Shown: in pieces, positions 16,671-31,600 of the stretch
Layout of the letters: every line of letters starts with the position of its first letter
How positions within the stretch are numbered: the stretch's first letter is position 1
Assembly (NCBI RefSeq): GCF_009914755.1
Contig: NC_060927.1
From: the human T2T-CHM13v2.0 reference genome, Homo sapiens
Strand: one strand, 5' to 3'
DNA length: 64,000 bases
Translations under genes and position numbers: made by a program
Notes under the pieces: model-generated
What the model saw: only the letters and a program-made list of their open reading frames with translations
What the model was told of the DNA's origin: nothing
The model's database searches: none

Positions 16671-19600
16671 AGGTACATAAAATATGAAAGTACATCAAAT
16701 ATAGATTATATACTGTACATTAAATACCAAAGTAACCCAAATATATATTTTATACTGTACATGAAATATCAAAGTTCACAAACTATATATTATATACTGT
16801 ACATAAAATATCAAAGTACCCAAGGTATATATTCTATACTGTACAAAAAATATCAAAGTACCCAAAGCATGTATTATATACTGTATATAAAATAAGAAAG
16901 TACATTAAATATATATTTTATTCTGTACATAAAATATCAAAGTACACCAGATATATATTCTATAGTGTACATAAAATAACAAAGTACACAAACTATAAAT
17001 TATATACTGTACATAAAATATGAAATTACATCAAATATATATTAGGTACATAAAATATGAAAGTACATCAAATATAGATTATATACTGAACATATAATAT
17101 CAATGTACCCCAAATATATATTTGATACTCTACATGAAATATCAAAGTTCAGAAACCATACATTATATACTGTACATAAAATATCAAAGTACCCAAGGTA
17201 TATATTCTATACTGTACAAAAAATATCAAAGTACCCAAAGCATGTATTATATACTGTACATAAAATATGAAAGTACATCAAATATATATTTTATTCTGTA
17301 CATAAAATATCAAAGTACACCAGATATATATTCTATAGTGTACATAAAGTATCAAAGTACCCAAACTATACATTATATACTGTACATAAAATATGAAATT
17401 ACAGCAAATATATATTATATTAGGTACATAAAATATGAAAGTACATCAAATATAGATTATATACTGTACATTAAATACCAAAGTACCCCAAATATATATT
17501 TTATACTGTACATGAAATATCAAAGTTTACAAACTATATATTATATACTGTACATAAAATATCAAAGTACCCAAGGTATATATTCTATACTGTACAAAAA
17601 ATATCAAAGTACCCAAAGCATGTATTATATACTGTATATAAAATAAGAAAGTAAATTAAATATATATTTTATTCTGTACATAAAATATCAAAGTACACCA
17701 GATATATATTCTATAGTGTACATAAAATAACAAAGTACACAAACTATAAATTATATACTGTACATAAAATATGAAATTACATCAAATATATATTAGGTAC
17801 ATAAAATATGAAAGTACATCAAATATAGATTATATACTGAACATATAATATCAATGTACCCGAAATATATATTTTATACTCTACATGAAATATCAAAGTT
17901 CACAAACCATATATTGTATAGTGCACATAAAATATCAAAATACCCAAGGTATATATTCTATACTGTACAAAAAATATCAAAGTACCCAAAGCAGGTATTA
18001 TATAGTGTACATAAAATATGAAAGTACATCAAATATATATTTTATTCTGTACATAAAATATCAAAGTACACCAGATATATATTCTATAGCGTACATAAAA
18101 TATCAAAGTACACAAACTATAGATTATATACCGTACGTAAAATATGAAATTACATCAAATATATATTATATTAGGTACATAAAATATGAAAGTACATCAA
18201 ATATAGATTATATACTGTACATTAAATACCAAAGTACCCCAAATATATATTTTATACTGTACATGAAATTTCAAAGTTCACAAACTATATATTATATACT
18301 GTACATAAAATATCAAAGTACCCAAGGTATATATTCTATAGTGTACAAAAAATATCAAAGTACCCAAAGCATGTATTATATACTGTAGATAATATATGAA
18401 AGTACATCAAATATATATTTTATTCTGTACATAAATTATCAAAGTACACCAGATATATATTCTATAGTGTACATAAAATATCAAAGTACCCAAACTATAC
18501 ATTATATACTGTACATAAAATATGAAATTACATCAAGTATATATTATATTAGGTACATAAAATATGAAAGTACATGAAGTATAGATTATATACTGTACAT
18601 AAAATATCAAAGTACCCCAAATTTATATTATATACTATACATGAAATATCAAAGTTCACAAACTATATATTATATACTGTACATAAAATATCAAAGTACC
18701 CAAGGTATATATTCTATAGTGTACAAAAAATATCAAAGTACCCAAAGCATGTATTATATACCGTACATAAAATATAAAATTACATCAAATATATATTTTA
18801 TTCTGTACATAAAATATCAAAGTACACCAGATATATATACTATAGTGTACATAAAATATCAAAGTACCCAAACTATACATTATACACTGTACATAAAATA
18901 TGAAATTATATCAAATATATATTAGGTACATAAAATATGAAAGTACATCAAATATAGATTATATACTGTAAATATAATATCAATGTACCCCAAATATATA
19001 TTTTATACTCTACATGAAATATCAAAATTCACAAACCATATATTATATACTGTACATAAAATATCAAAGTACCCAAGTTATATATTCTATACTGTACAAA
19101 AAATATCAAAGTACCCAAAGCATGTATTATATACTGTACATAAAATATGAAAGTACATCAAATATATATTTTATTCTGTGCATAAAATATCAAAGTACAC
19201 CAGATATATATTCTATAGTGTACATAAAACATCAAAATACCCAAACTATACATTATATACTGTACATAAAATATGAGATTACATCAAATATATATTATAT
19301 TAGGTACATAAAATATGAAAGTACATCAAATATAGATTATATACCGTACATAAAATATCAAAGTACCCCGAATATATATTATATACTCTACATGAAATAT
19401 CAAAGTTCACAAACTATATATTATATACTGTACATAAAATATCAAAGTACACCAGATACATATTCTATAGTGTACATAAAATAACAAAGTACACAAACTA
19501 TAAATTATATACTGTACATAAAATATGAAATTACATCAAATATATATTAGGTACATAAAATATGAAAGTACATCAAATATAGATTATGTACTGAACATAT

Positions 19601-22600
19601 AATATCAATGTACCCCAAATATATATTTGATACTCTACATGAAATATCAAAGTTCAGAAACCATACATTATATACTGTACATAAAATATCAAAGTACCCA
19701 AGGTATATATTCTATACTGTACAAAAAATATCAAAGTACCCAAAGCATGTATTATATACTGTAGATAATATATGAAAGTACATCAAATATATATTTTATT
19801 CTGTACATAAAATATCAAAGTACACCAGATATATATTCTATAGTGTACATAAAATATCAAAGTACCCAAACTATACATTATATACTGTACATAAAATATG
19901 AAATTACATCAAATATATATCAGGTACATAAAATATGAAAGTACATCAAATAGATATTTTATTCTGTACATAAAATATCAAAGTACACCAGATATATATT
20001 CTATAGTGTACATAAAATAACAAAGTACACAAACTATAAATTATATACTGTACATAAAATATGAAATTACATCAAATATATATTAGGTACATAAAATATG
20101 AAAGTACATCAAATATAGATTATATACTGTACATATAATATCAATGTACCCGAAATATATATTTTATACTCTACATGAAATATCAAAGTTCACAAACCAT
20201 ATATTGTATAGTGCACATAAAATATCAAAATACCCAAGGTATATATTCTATACTGTACAAAAAATATCAAAGTACCCAAAGCAGGTATTATATACTGTAC
20301 ATAAAATATGAAAGTACATCAAATATATATTTTATTCTGTACATAAAATATCAAAGTACACCAGATATATATTCTATAGCGTACATAAAATATCAAAGTA
20401 CACAAACTATACATTATATACTGTACATAAAATATGAAATTACATCAAATATATATTATATTAGGTACATAAAATATGAAAGTACATCAAATATAGATTA
20501 TATACTGTACATTAAATACCAAAGTACCCCAAATATATATTTTATACTGTACATGAAATTTCAAAGTTCACAAACTATATATTATATACTGTACATAAAA
20601 TATCAAAGTACCCAAGGTATATATTCTATAGTGTACAAAAAATATCAAAGTACCCAAAGCATGTATTATATACTGTAGATAAAATATGAAAGTACATCAA
20701 ATATATATTTTATTCTGTACATAAAATATCAAAGTACACCAGATATATATTCTATAGTGTACATAAAATATCAAAGTACCGAAACTATACATTATATACT
20801 GTACATAAAATATGAAATTACATCAAATATATATTATATTAGGTACATAAAATATGAAAGTACATGAAGTATAGATTATATACTGTACATAAAATATCAA
20901 AGTACCCCAAATTTATATTATATACTATACATGAAATATCAAAGTTCACAAACTATATATTATATACTGCACATAAAATATCAAAGTACCCAAGGTATAT
21001 ATTCTATAGTGTACAAAAAATATCAAAGTACCCAAAGCAAGTATTATATACCGTACATAAAATATAAAATTACATCAAATATATATTTTATTCTGTACAT
21101 AAAATATCAAAGTACACCAGATATATATACTATAGTGTACATAAAATATCAAAGTACCCAAACTATACATTATACACTGTACATAAAATATGAAATTATA
21201 TCAAATATATATTAGGTACATAAAATATGAAAGTACATCAAATATAGATTATATACTGTAAATATAATATCAATGTACCCCAAATATATATTTTATACTC
21301 TACATGAAATATCAAAGTTCACAAACCATATATTATATACTGTACATAAAATATCAAAGTACCCAAGTTATATATTCTATACTGTACAAAAAATATCAAA
21401 GTACCCAAAGCATGTATTATATACTGTACATAAAATATGAAAGTACATCAAATATATATTTTATTCTGTACATAAAATATCAAAGTACACCAGATATATA
21501 TTCTATAGTGTACATAAAATATCAAAGTACCCAAACTATACATTATATACTGTACATAAAATATGAGATTACATCAAATATATATTATATTAGGTACATA
21601 AAATAAGAAAGTACATCAAATATAGATTATATACTGTACATAAAATATCAAAGTACCCCGAATATATATTATATACTCTACATGAAATATCAAAGTTCAC
21701 AAACTATATATTATATACTGTACATAAAATATCAAAGTACCCAAGGTATATATTCTATACTGTATAAAAAATATCAAAGTATCCAAAGCATGTTTTATAT
21801 ACTGTATATAAAATATGAAAGTACATTAAAGATATATTTTATTCTGTACATAAAATATCAAAATACACCAGATATATATTCTATAGTGTACATAAAATAA
21901 CAAAGTACACAAACTATAAATTATATACTGTACATAAAATATGAAATTACATGAAATATATATTAGGTACATAAAATATGAAAGTACATCAAATATAGAT
22001 TATATACTGTACATATAATATCAATGTACCCCAAATATATATTTTATACTCTACATGAAATATCAAAGTTCACAAACCATACATTATATACTGTACATAA
22101 AATATCAAAGTACCCAAGTTATATATTCTATACTGTACAAAAGATATCAAAGTACCCAAAGCATGTATTATATACTGTATATAAAATATGAAAGTACATC
22201 AAATATATATTATATACTGTACATAAAATATCAAAGTACACCAGATATATATTCTATAGTGTACATAAAATATCAAAGTACCCAAACTATACATTATATA
22301 CTGTACATAAAATATGAGATTACATCAAATATATATTATATTAGGTACATAAAATATGAAAGTACATCAGATATAGATTATATACTGTACATAAAATATC
22401 AAAGTACCCCAAATATATATTATATACTCTACATGAAATATCAAAGTTCACAAACTATATATTATATACTGTACATAAAATATCAAAGTACCCAAGGTAT
22501 ATATTCTATACTATACAAAAAATATCAAAATACCCAAAGCATGTATTATATACTGTATATAAAATATGAAAATACATTAAATATGTATTTTATTCTGTAC

Positions 22601-25600
22601 ATAAAATATCAAAGTACACCAGATATATATTCTATAGTGTACATAAAATAACAAAGTACACAAACTATAAATTATATACTGTACATAAAATATGAAATTA
22701 CATCAAATATATATTAGGTACATAAAATATGAAAGTACATCAAATATAGATTATATACTGTACATATAATATCAATGTACCCCAAATATATATTTGATAC
22801 TCTACATGAAATATCAAAGTTCAGAAACCATACATTATATACTTTCCATAAAATATCAAAGTACCCATGGCATATATTCTATACTGTACAAAAGATATCA
22901 AAGTACCCAAAGCATGTATTATATACTGTACATAAAATATGAAAGTACATCAAATATATATTTTATTCTGTACATAAAATATCAAAGTACACCAGATATA
23001 TATTCTATAGTGTACATAAAATATCAAAGTACCCAAACTATATATTATATACTGTACATAAAATATGAAATTACATCAAATATGTATTATATTAGGTACA
23101 TAAAATATGAAAGTACATCAAATATAGATCATATACCGTACATAAAATATCAAAGTACCCCAAATATATATTATATACTCTACATGAAATATCAAAGTTC
23201 ACAAACTATATATTATATACTGTACATAAAATATCAAAGTACCCAAGGTATATATTCTATACTGTACAAAAAATATCAAAGTACCCAAAGCATGTATTAT
23301 ATACTGTATATAAAATAAGAAAGTACATTAAATATATATTTTATTCTGTACATAAAATATCAAAGTACACCAGATATATATTCTATAGTGTACATAAAAT
23401 AACAAAGTACACAAACTATAAATTATATACTGTACATAAAATATGAAATTACATCAAATATATATTAGGTACATAAAATATGAAAGTACATCAAATATAG
23501 ATTATGTACTGAACATATAATATCAATGTACCCCAAATATATATTTGATACTCTACATGAAATATCAAAGTTCAGAAACCATACATTATATACTGTACAT
23601 AAAATATCAAAGTACCCAAGGTATATATTCTATACTGTACAAAAAATATCAAAGTACCCAAAGCATGTATTATATACTGTAGATAATATATGAAAGTACA
23701 TCAAATATATATTTTATTCTGTACATAAAATATCAAAGTACACCAGATATATATTCTATAGTGTACATAAAATATCAAAGTACCCAAACTATACATTATA
23801 TACTGTACATAAAATATGAAATTACATCAAATATATATTAGGTACATAAAATATGAAAGTACATCAAATAGATATTTTATTCTGTACATAAAATATCAAA
23901 GTACACCAGATATATATTCTATAGTGTACATAAAATAACAAAGTACACAAACTATAAATTATATACTGTACATAAAATATGAAATTACATCAAATATATA
24001 TTAGGTACATAAAATATGAAAGTACATCAAATATAGATTATATACTGTACATATAATATCAATGTACCCGAAATATATATTTTATACTCTACATGAAATA
24101 TCAAAGTTCACAAACCATATATTGTATAGTGCACATAAAATATCAAAATACCCAAGGTATATATTCTATACTGTACAAAAAATATCAAAGTACCCAAAGC
24201 AGGTATTATATACTGTACATAAAATATGAAAGTACATCAAATATATATTTTATTCTGTACATAAAATATCAAAGTACACCAGATATATATTCTATAGCGT
24301 ACATAAAATATCAAAGTACACAAACTATACATTATATACTGTACATAAAATATGAAATTACATCAAATATATATTATATTAGGTACATAAAATATGAAAG
24401 TACATCAAATATAGATTATATACTGTACATTAAATACCAAAGTACCCCAAATATATATTTTATACTGTACATGAAATTTCAAAGTTCACAAACTATATAT
24501 TATATACTGTACATAAAATATCAAAGTACCCAAGGTATATATTCTATAGTGTACAAAAAATATCAAAGTACCCAAAGCATGTATTATATACTGTACATAA
24601 AATATGAAAGTACATCAAATATATATTTTATTCTGTACATAAAATATCAAAGTACACCAGATATATATTCTATAGTGTATATAAAATATCAAAGTACCCA
24701 AACTATACATTATATACTGTACATAAAATATGAAATTACATCAAATATATATTATATTAGGTACATAAAATATGAAAGTACATGAAGTATAGATTATATA
24801 CTGTACATAAAATATCAAAGTACCCCAAATTTATATTATATACTATACATGAAATATCAAAGTTCACAAACTATATATTATATACTGTACATAAAATATC
24901 AAAGTACCCAAGGTATATATTCTATAGTGTACAAAAAATATCAAAGTACCCAAAGCATGTATTATATACCGTACATAAAATATAAAATTACATCAAATAT
25001 ATATTTTATTCTGTACATAAAATATCAAAGTACACCAGATATATATACTATAGTGTACATAAAATATCAAAGTACCCAAACTATACATTATACACTGTAC
25101 ATAAAATATGAAATTATATCAAATATATATTAGGTACATAAAATATGAAAGTACATCAAATATAGATTATATACTGTAAATATAATATCAATGTACCCCA
25201 AATATATATTTTATAATCTACATGAAATATCAAAGTTCACAAACCATATATTATATACTGTACATAAAATATCAAAGTACCCAAGTTATATATTCTATAC
25301 TGTACAAAAAATATCAAAGTACCCAAAGCATGTATTATATACTGTACATAAAATATGAAAGTACATCAAATATATATTTTATTCTGTACATAAAATATCA
25401 AAGTACACCAGATATATATTCTATAGTGTACATAAAATATCAAAGTACCCAAACTATACATTATATACTGTACATAAAATATGTAATTATATCAAATATA
25501 TATTATATTAGGTACATAAAATAAGAAAGTACATCAAATATAGATTATATACTGTACATAAAATATCAAAGTACCCCAAATATATATTATATACTCTACA

Positions 25601-28600
25601 TGAAATATCAAAGTTCACAAAGTATATATTATATACTGTACATAAAATATCAAAGTACCCAAGGTATATATTCTATACTGTACAAAAAATATCAAAGTAT
25701 CCAAAGCATGTTTTATATACTGTATATAATATATGAAAGTACATTAAAGATATATTTTATTCTGTACATAAAATATCAAAATACACCAGATATATATTCT
25801 ATAGTGTACATAAAATAACAAAGTACACAAACTATAAATTATATACTGTACATAAAATATGAAATTACATGAAATATATATTAGGTACATAAAATATGAA
25901 AGTACATCAAATATAGATTATATACTGTACATATAATATCAATGTACCCCAAATATATATTTTATACTCTACATGAAATATCAAAGTTCACAAACCATAC
26001 ATTATATACTTTCCATAAAATATCAAAGTACCCATGGCATATATTCTATACTGTACAAAAGATATCAAAGTACCCAAAGCATGTATTATATACTGTACAT
26101 AAAATATGAAAGTACATCAAATATATATTTTATTCTGTACATAAAATATCAAAGTACACCAGATATATATTCTATAGTGTACATAAAATATCAAAGTACC
26201 CAAACTATATATTATGTACTGTACATAAAATATGAAATTACATCAAATATGTATTATATTAGGTACATAAAATATGAAAGTACATCAAATATAGATTATA
26301 TACCGTACATAAAATATCAAAGTACCCCAAATATATATTATATACTCTACATGAAATATCAAAGTTCACAAACTATATATTATATACTGTACATAAAATA
26401 TCAAAGTACCCAAGGTATATATTCTATACTGTACAAAAAATATCAAAGTACCCAAAGCATGTATTATATACTGTATATAAAATAAGAAAGTACATTAAAT
26501 ATATATTTTATTCTGTACATAAAATATCAAAGTACACCAGATATATATTCTATAGTGTACATAAAATAACAAAGTACACAAACTATAAATTATATACTGT
26601 ACATAAAATATGAAATTACATCAAATATATATTAGGTACATAAAATATGAAAGTACATCAAATATAGATTATATACTGAACATATAATATCAATGTACCC
26701 CAAATATATATTTGATACTCTACATGAAATATCAAAGTTCAGAAACCATACATTATATACTGTACATAAAATATCACAGTACCCAAGGTATATATTCTAT
26801 ACTGTACAAAAAATATCAAAGTACCCAAAGCAGGTATTATATACTGTACATAAAATATGAAAGTACATCAAATATATATTTTATTCTGTACATAAAATAT
26901 CAAAGTACACCAGATATATATTCTATAGCGTACATAAAATATCAAAGTACACAAACTATACATTATATACTGTACATAAAATATGAAATTACATCAAATA
27001 TATATTATATTAGGTACATAAAATATGAAAGTACATCAAATATAGATTATATACTGTACATTAAATACCAAAGTACCCCAAATATATATTTTATACTGTA
27101 CATGAAATTTCAAAGTTCACAAACTATATATTATATACTGTACATAAAATATCAAAGTACCCAAGGTATATATTCTATAGTGTACAAAAAATATCAAAGA
27201 ACCCAAAGCATGTATTATATACTGTACATAAAATATGAAAGTACATCAAATATATATTTTATTCTGTACATAAAATATCAAAGTACACCAGATATATATT
27301 CTATAGTGTATATAAAATATCAAAGTACCCAAACTATACATTATATACTGTACATAAAATATGAAATTACATCAAATATATATTATATTAGGTACATAAA
27401 ATATGAAAGTACATGAAGTATAGATTATATACTGTACATAAAATATCAAAGTACCCCAAATTTATATTATATACTATTCATGAAATATCAAAGTTCACAA
27501 ACTATATATTATATACTGTACATAAAATATCAAAGTACCCAAGGTATATATTCTATAGTGTACAAAAAATATCAAAGTACCCAAAGCATGTATTATATAC
27601 CGTACATAAAATATAAAATTACATCAAATATATATTTTATTCTGTACATAAAATATCAAAGTACACCAGATATATATTCTATAGTGTACATAAAATATCA
27701 AAGTACCCAAACTATACATTATATACTGTACATAAAATATGAAATTACATCAAATATATATTAGGTACATAAAATATGAAAGTACATCAAATAGATATTT
27801 TATTCTGTACATAAAATATCAAAGTACACCAGATATATATTCTATAGTGTACATAAAATAACAAAGTACACAAACTATAAATTATATACTGTACATAAAA
27901 TATGAAATTACATCAAATATATATTAGGTACATAAAATATGAAAGTACATCAAATAGAGATTATATACTGTACATATAATATCAATGTACCCGAAATATA
28001 TATTTTATACTCTACATGAAATATCAAAGTTCACAAACCATATATTGTATAGTGCACATAAAATATCAAAATACCCAAGGTATATATTCTATACTGTACA
28101 AAAAATATCAAAGTACCCAAAGCAGGTATTATATACTGTACATAAAATATGAAAGTACATCAAATATATATTTTATTCTGTACATAAAATATCAAAGTAC
28201 ACCAGATATATATTCTATAGCGTACATAAAATATCAAAGTACACAAACTATACATTATATACCGTACATAAAATATGAAATTACATCAAATATATATTAT
28301 ATTAGGTACATAAAATATGAAAGTATATCAAATATAGATTATATACTGTACATTAAATACCAAAGTACCCCAAATATATATTTTATACTGTACATGAAAT
28401 TTCAAAGTTCACAAACTATATATTATATACTGTACATAAAATATCAAAGTACCCAAGGTATATATACTATAGTGTACAAAAAATATCAAAGTACCCAAAG
28501 CATGTATTATATACTGTACATAAAATATGAAAGTACATCAAATATATATTTTATTCTGTACATAAAATATCAAAGTACACCAGATATATATTCTATAGTG

Positions 28601-31600
28601 CATATAAAATATCAAAGTACCCAAACTATACATTATATACTGTACATAAAATATGAAATTACATCAAAAATATATTATATTAGGTACATAAAATATGAAA
28701 GTACATGAAGTATAGATTATATACTGTACATAAAATATCAAAGTACCCCAAATTTATATTATATACTATACATGAAATATCAAAGTTCACAAACTATATA
28801 TTATATACTGTACATAAAATATCAAAGTACCCAAGGTATATATTCTATAGTGTACAAAAAATATCAAAGTACCCAAAGCAAGTATTATATACCGTACATA
28901 AAATATAAAATTACATCAAATATATATTTTATTCTGTACATAAAATATCAAAGTACACCAGATATATATACTATAGTGTACATAAAATATCAAAGTACCC
29001 AAACTATACATTATACACTGTACATAAAATATGAAATTATATCAAATATATATTAGGTACATAAAATATGAAAGTACATCAAATATAGATTATATACTGT
29101 AAATATAATATCAATGTACCCCAAATATATATTTTATACTCTACATGAAATATCAAAGTTCACAAACCATATATTATATACTGTACATAAAATATCAAAG
29201 TACCCAAGTTATATATTCTATACTGTACAAAAAATATCAAAGTACCCAAAGCATGTATTATATACTGTACATAAAATATGAAAGTACATCAAATATATAT
29301 TTTATTCTGTACATAAAATATCAAAGTACACTAGATATATATTCTATAGTGTACATAAAACATCAAAATACCCAAACTATACATTATATACTGTACATAA
29401 AATATGAGATTACATCAAATATATATTATATTAGGTACATAAAATATGAAAGTACATCAAATATAGATTATATACTGTACATTAAATACCAAAGTACCCC
29501 AAATATATATTTTATACTGTACATGAAATTTCAAAGTTCACAAACTATATATTATATACTGTACATAAAATATCAAAGTACCCAAGGTATATATTCTATA
29601 GTGTACAAAAAATATCAAAGTACCCAAAGCATGTATTATATACTGTACATAAAATATGAAAGTACATCAAATATATATTTTATTCTGTACATAAAATATC
29701 AAAGTACACCAGATATATATTCTATAGTGTACATAAAATAACAAAGTACACAAACTATAAATTATATACTGTACATAAAATATGAAATTACATCAAATAT
29801 ATATTAGGTACATAAAATATGAAAGTACATCAAATATAGATTATATACTAAACATATAATATCAATGTACCCCAAATATATATTTGATACTCTACATGAA
29901 ATATCAAAGTTCAGAAACCATACATTATATACTGTACATAAAATATCAAAGTACCCAAGGTATATATTCTATACTGTACAAAAAATATCAAAGTACCCAA
30001 AGCATGTATTATATACTGTAGATAATATATGAAAGTACATCAAATATATATTTTATTCTGTACATAAAATATCAAAGTACACCAGATATATATTCTATAT
30101 TGTACATAAAATATCAAAGTACCCAAACTATAAATTATATACTGTACATAAAATATGAAATTACATCAAATATATATTAGGTACATAAAATATGAAAGTA
30201 CATCAAATAGATATTTTATTCTGTACATAAAATATCAAAGTACACCAGATATATATTCTATAGTGTACATAAAATAACAAAGTACACAAACTATAAATTA
30301 TATACTGTACATAAAATATGAAATTACATCAAATATATATTAGGTACATAAAATATGAAAGTACATCAAATATAGATTATATACTGTACATATAATATCA
30401 ATGTACCCGAAATATATATTTTATACTCTACATGAAATATCAAAGTTCACAAACCATATATTGTATAGTGCACATAAAATATCAAAATACCCAAGGTATA
30501 TATTCTATACTGTACAAAAAATATCAAAGTACCCAAAGCAGGTATTATATACTGTACATAAAATATGAAAGTACATCAAATATATATTTTCTTCTGTACA
30601 TAAAATATCAAAGTACACCAGATATATATTCTATAGCGTACATAAAATATCAAAGTACACAAACTATACATTATATACTGTACATAAAATATGAAATTAC
30701 ATCAAATATATATTATATTAGGTACATAAAATATGAAAGTACATCAAATATAGATTATATACTGTATATTAAATACCAAAGTACCCCAAATATATATTTT
30801 ATACTGTACATGAAATTTCAAAGTTCACAAACCATATATTATATACTGTACATAAAATATCAAAGTACCCAAGGTATATATTCTATAGTGTACAAAAAAT
30901 ATCAAAGTACCCAAAGCATGTATTATATACTGTAGATAAAATATGAAAGTACATCAAATATATATTTTATTCTGTACATAAAATATCAAAGTACACCAGG
31001 TATATATTCTATAGTGTACATAAAATAACAAAGTACACAAACTATAAATTATATACTGTACGTAAAATATGAAATTACATCAAATATATATTAGGTACAT
31101 AAAATATGAAAGTACATCAAATATAGATTATATACTGTACATATAATATCAATGTACCCCAAATATATATTTTATACTCTACATGAAATATCAAAGTTCA
31201 CAAACCATACATTACATACTTTCCATAAAATATGAAAGTACCCATGGCATATATTCTATACTGTACAAAAGATATCAAAGTACCCAAAGCATGTATTATA
31301 TACTGTACATAAAATATGAAAGTACATCAAATATATATTTTATTCTGTACATAAAATATCAAAGTACACCAGATATATATTCTATAGTGTACATAAAATA
31401 TCAAAGTACCCAAACTATATATTATATACTGTACATAAAATATGAAATTACATCAAATATGTATTATATTAGGTACATAAAATATGAAAGTACATCAAAT
31501 ATAGATTATATACCGTACATAAAATATCAAAGTACCCCAAATATATATTATATACTCTACATGAAATATCAAAGTTCACAAACTATATATTATATACTGT

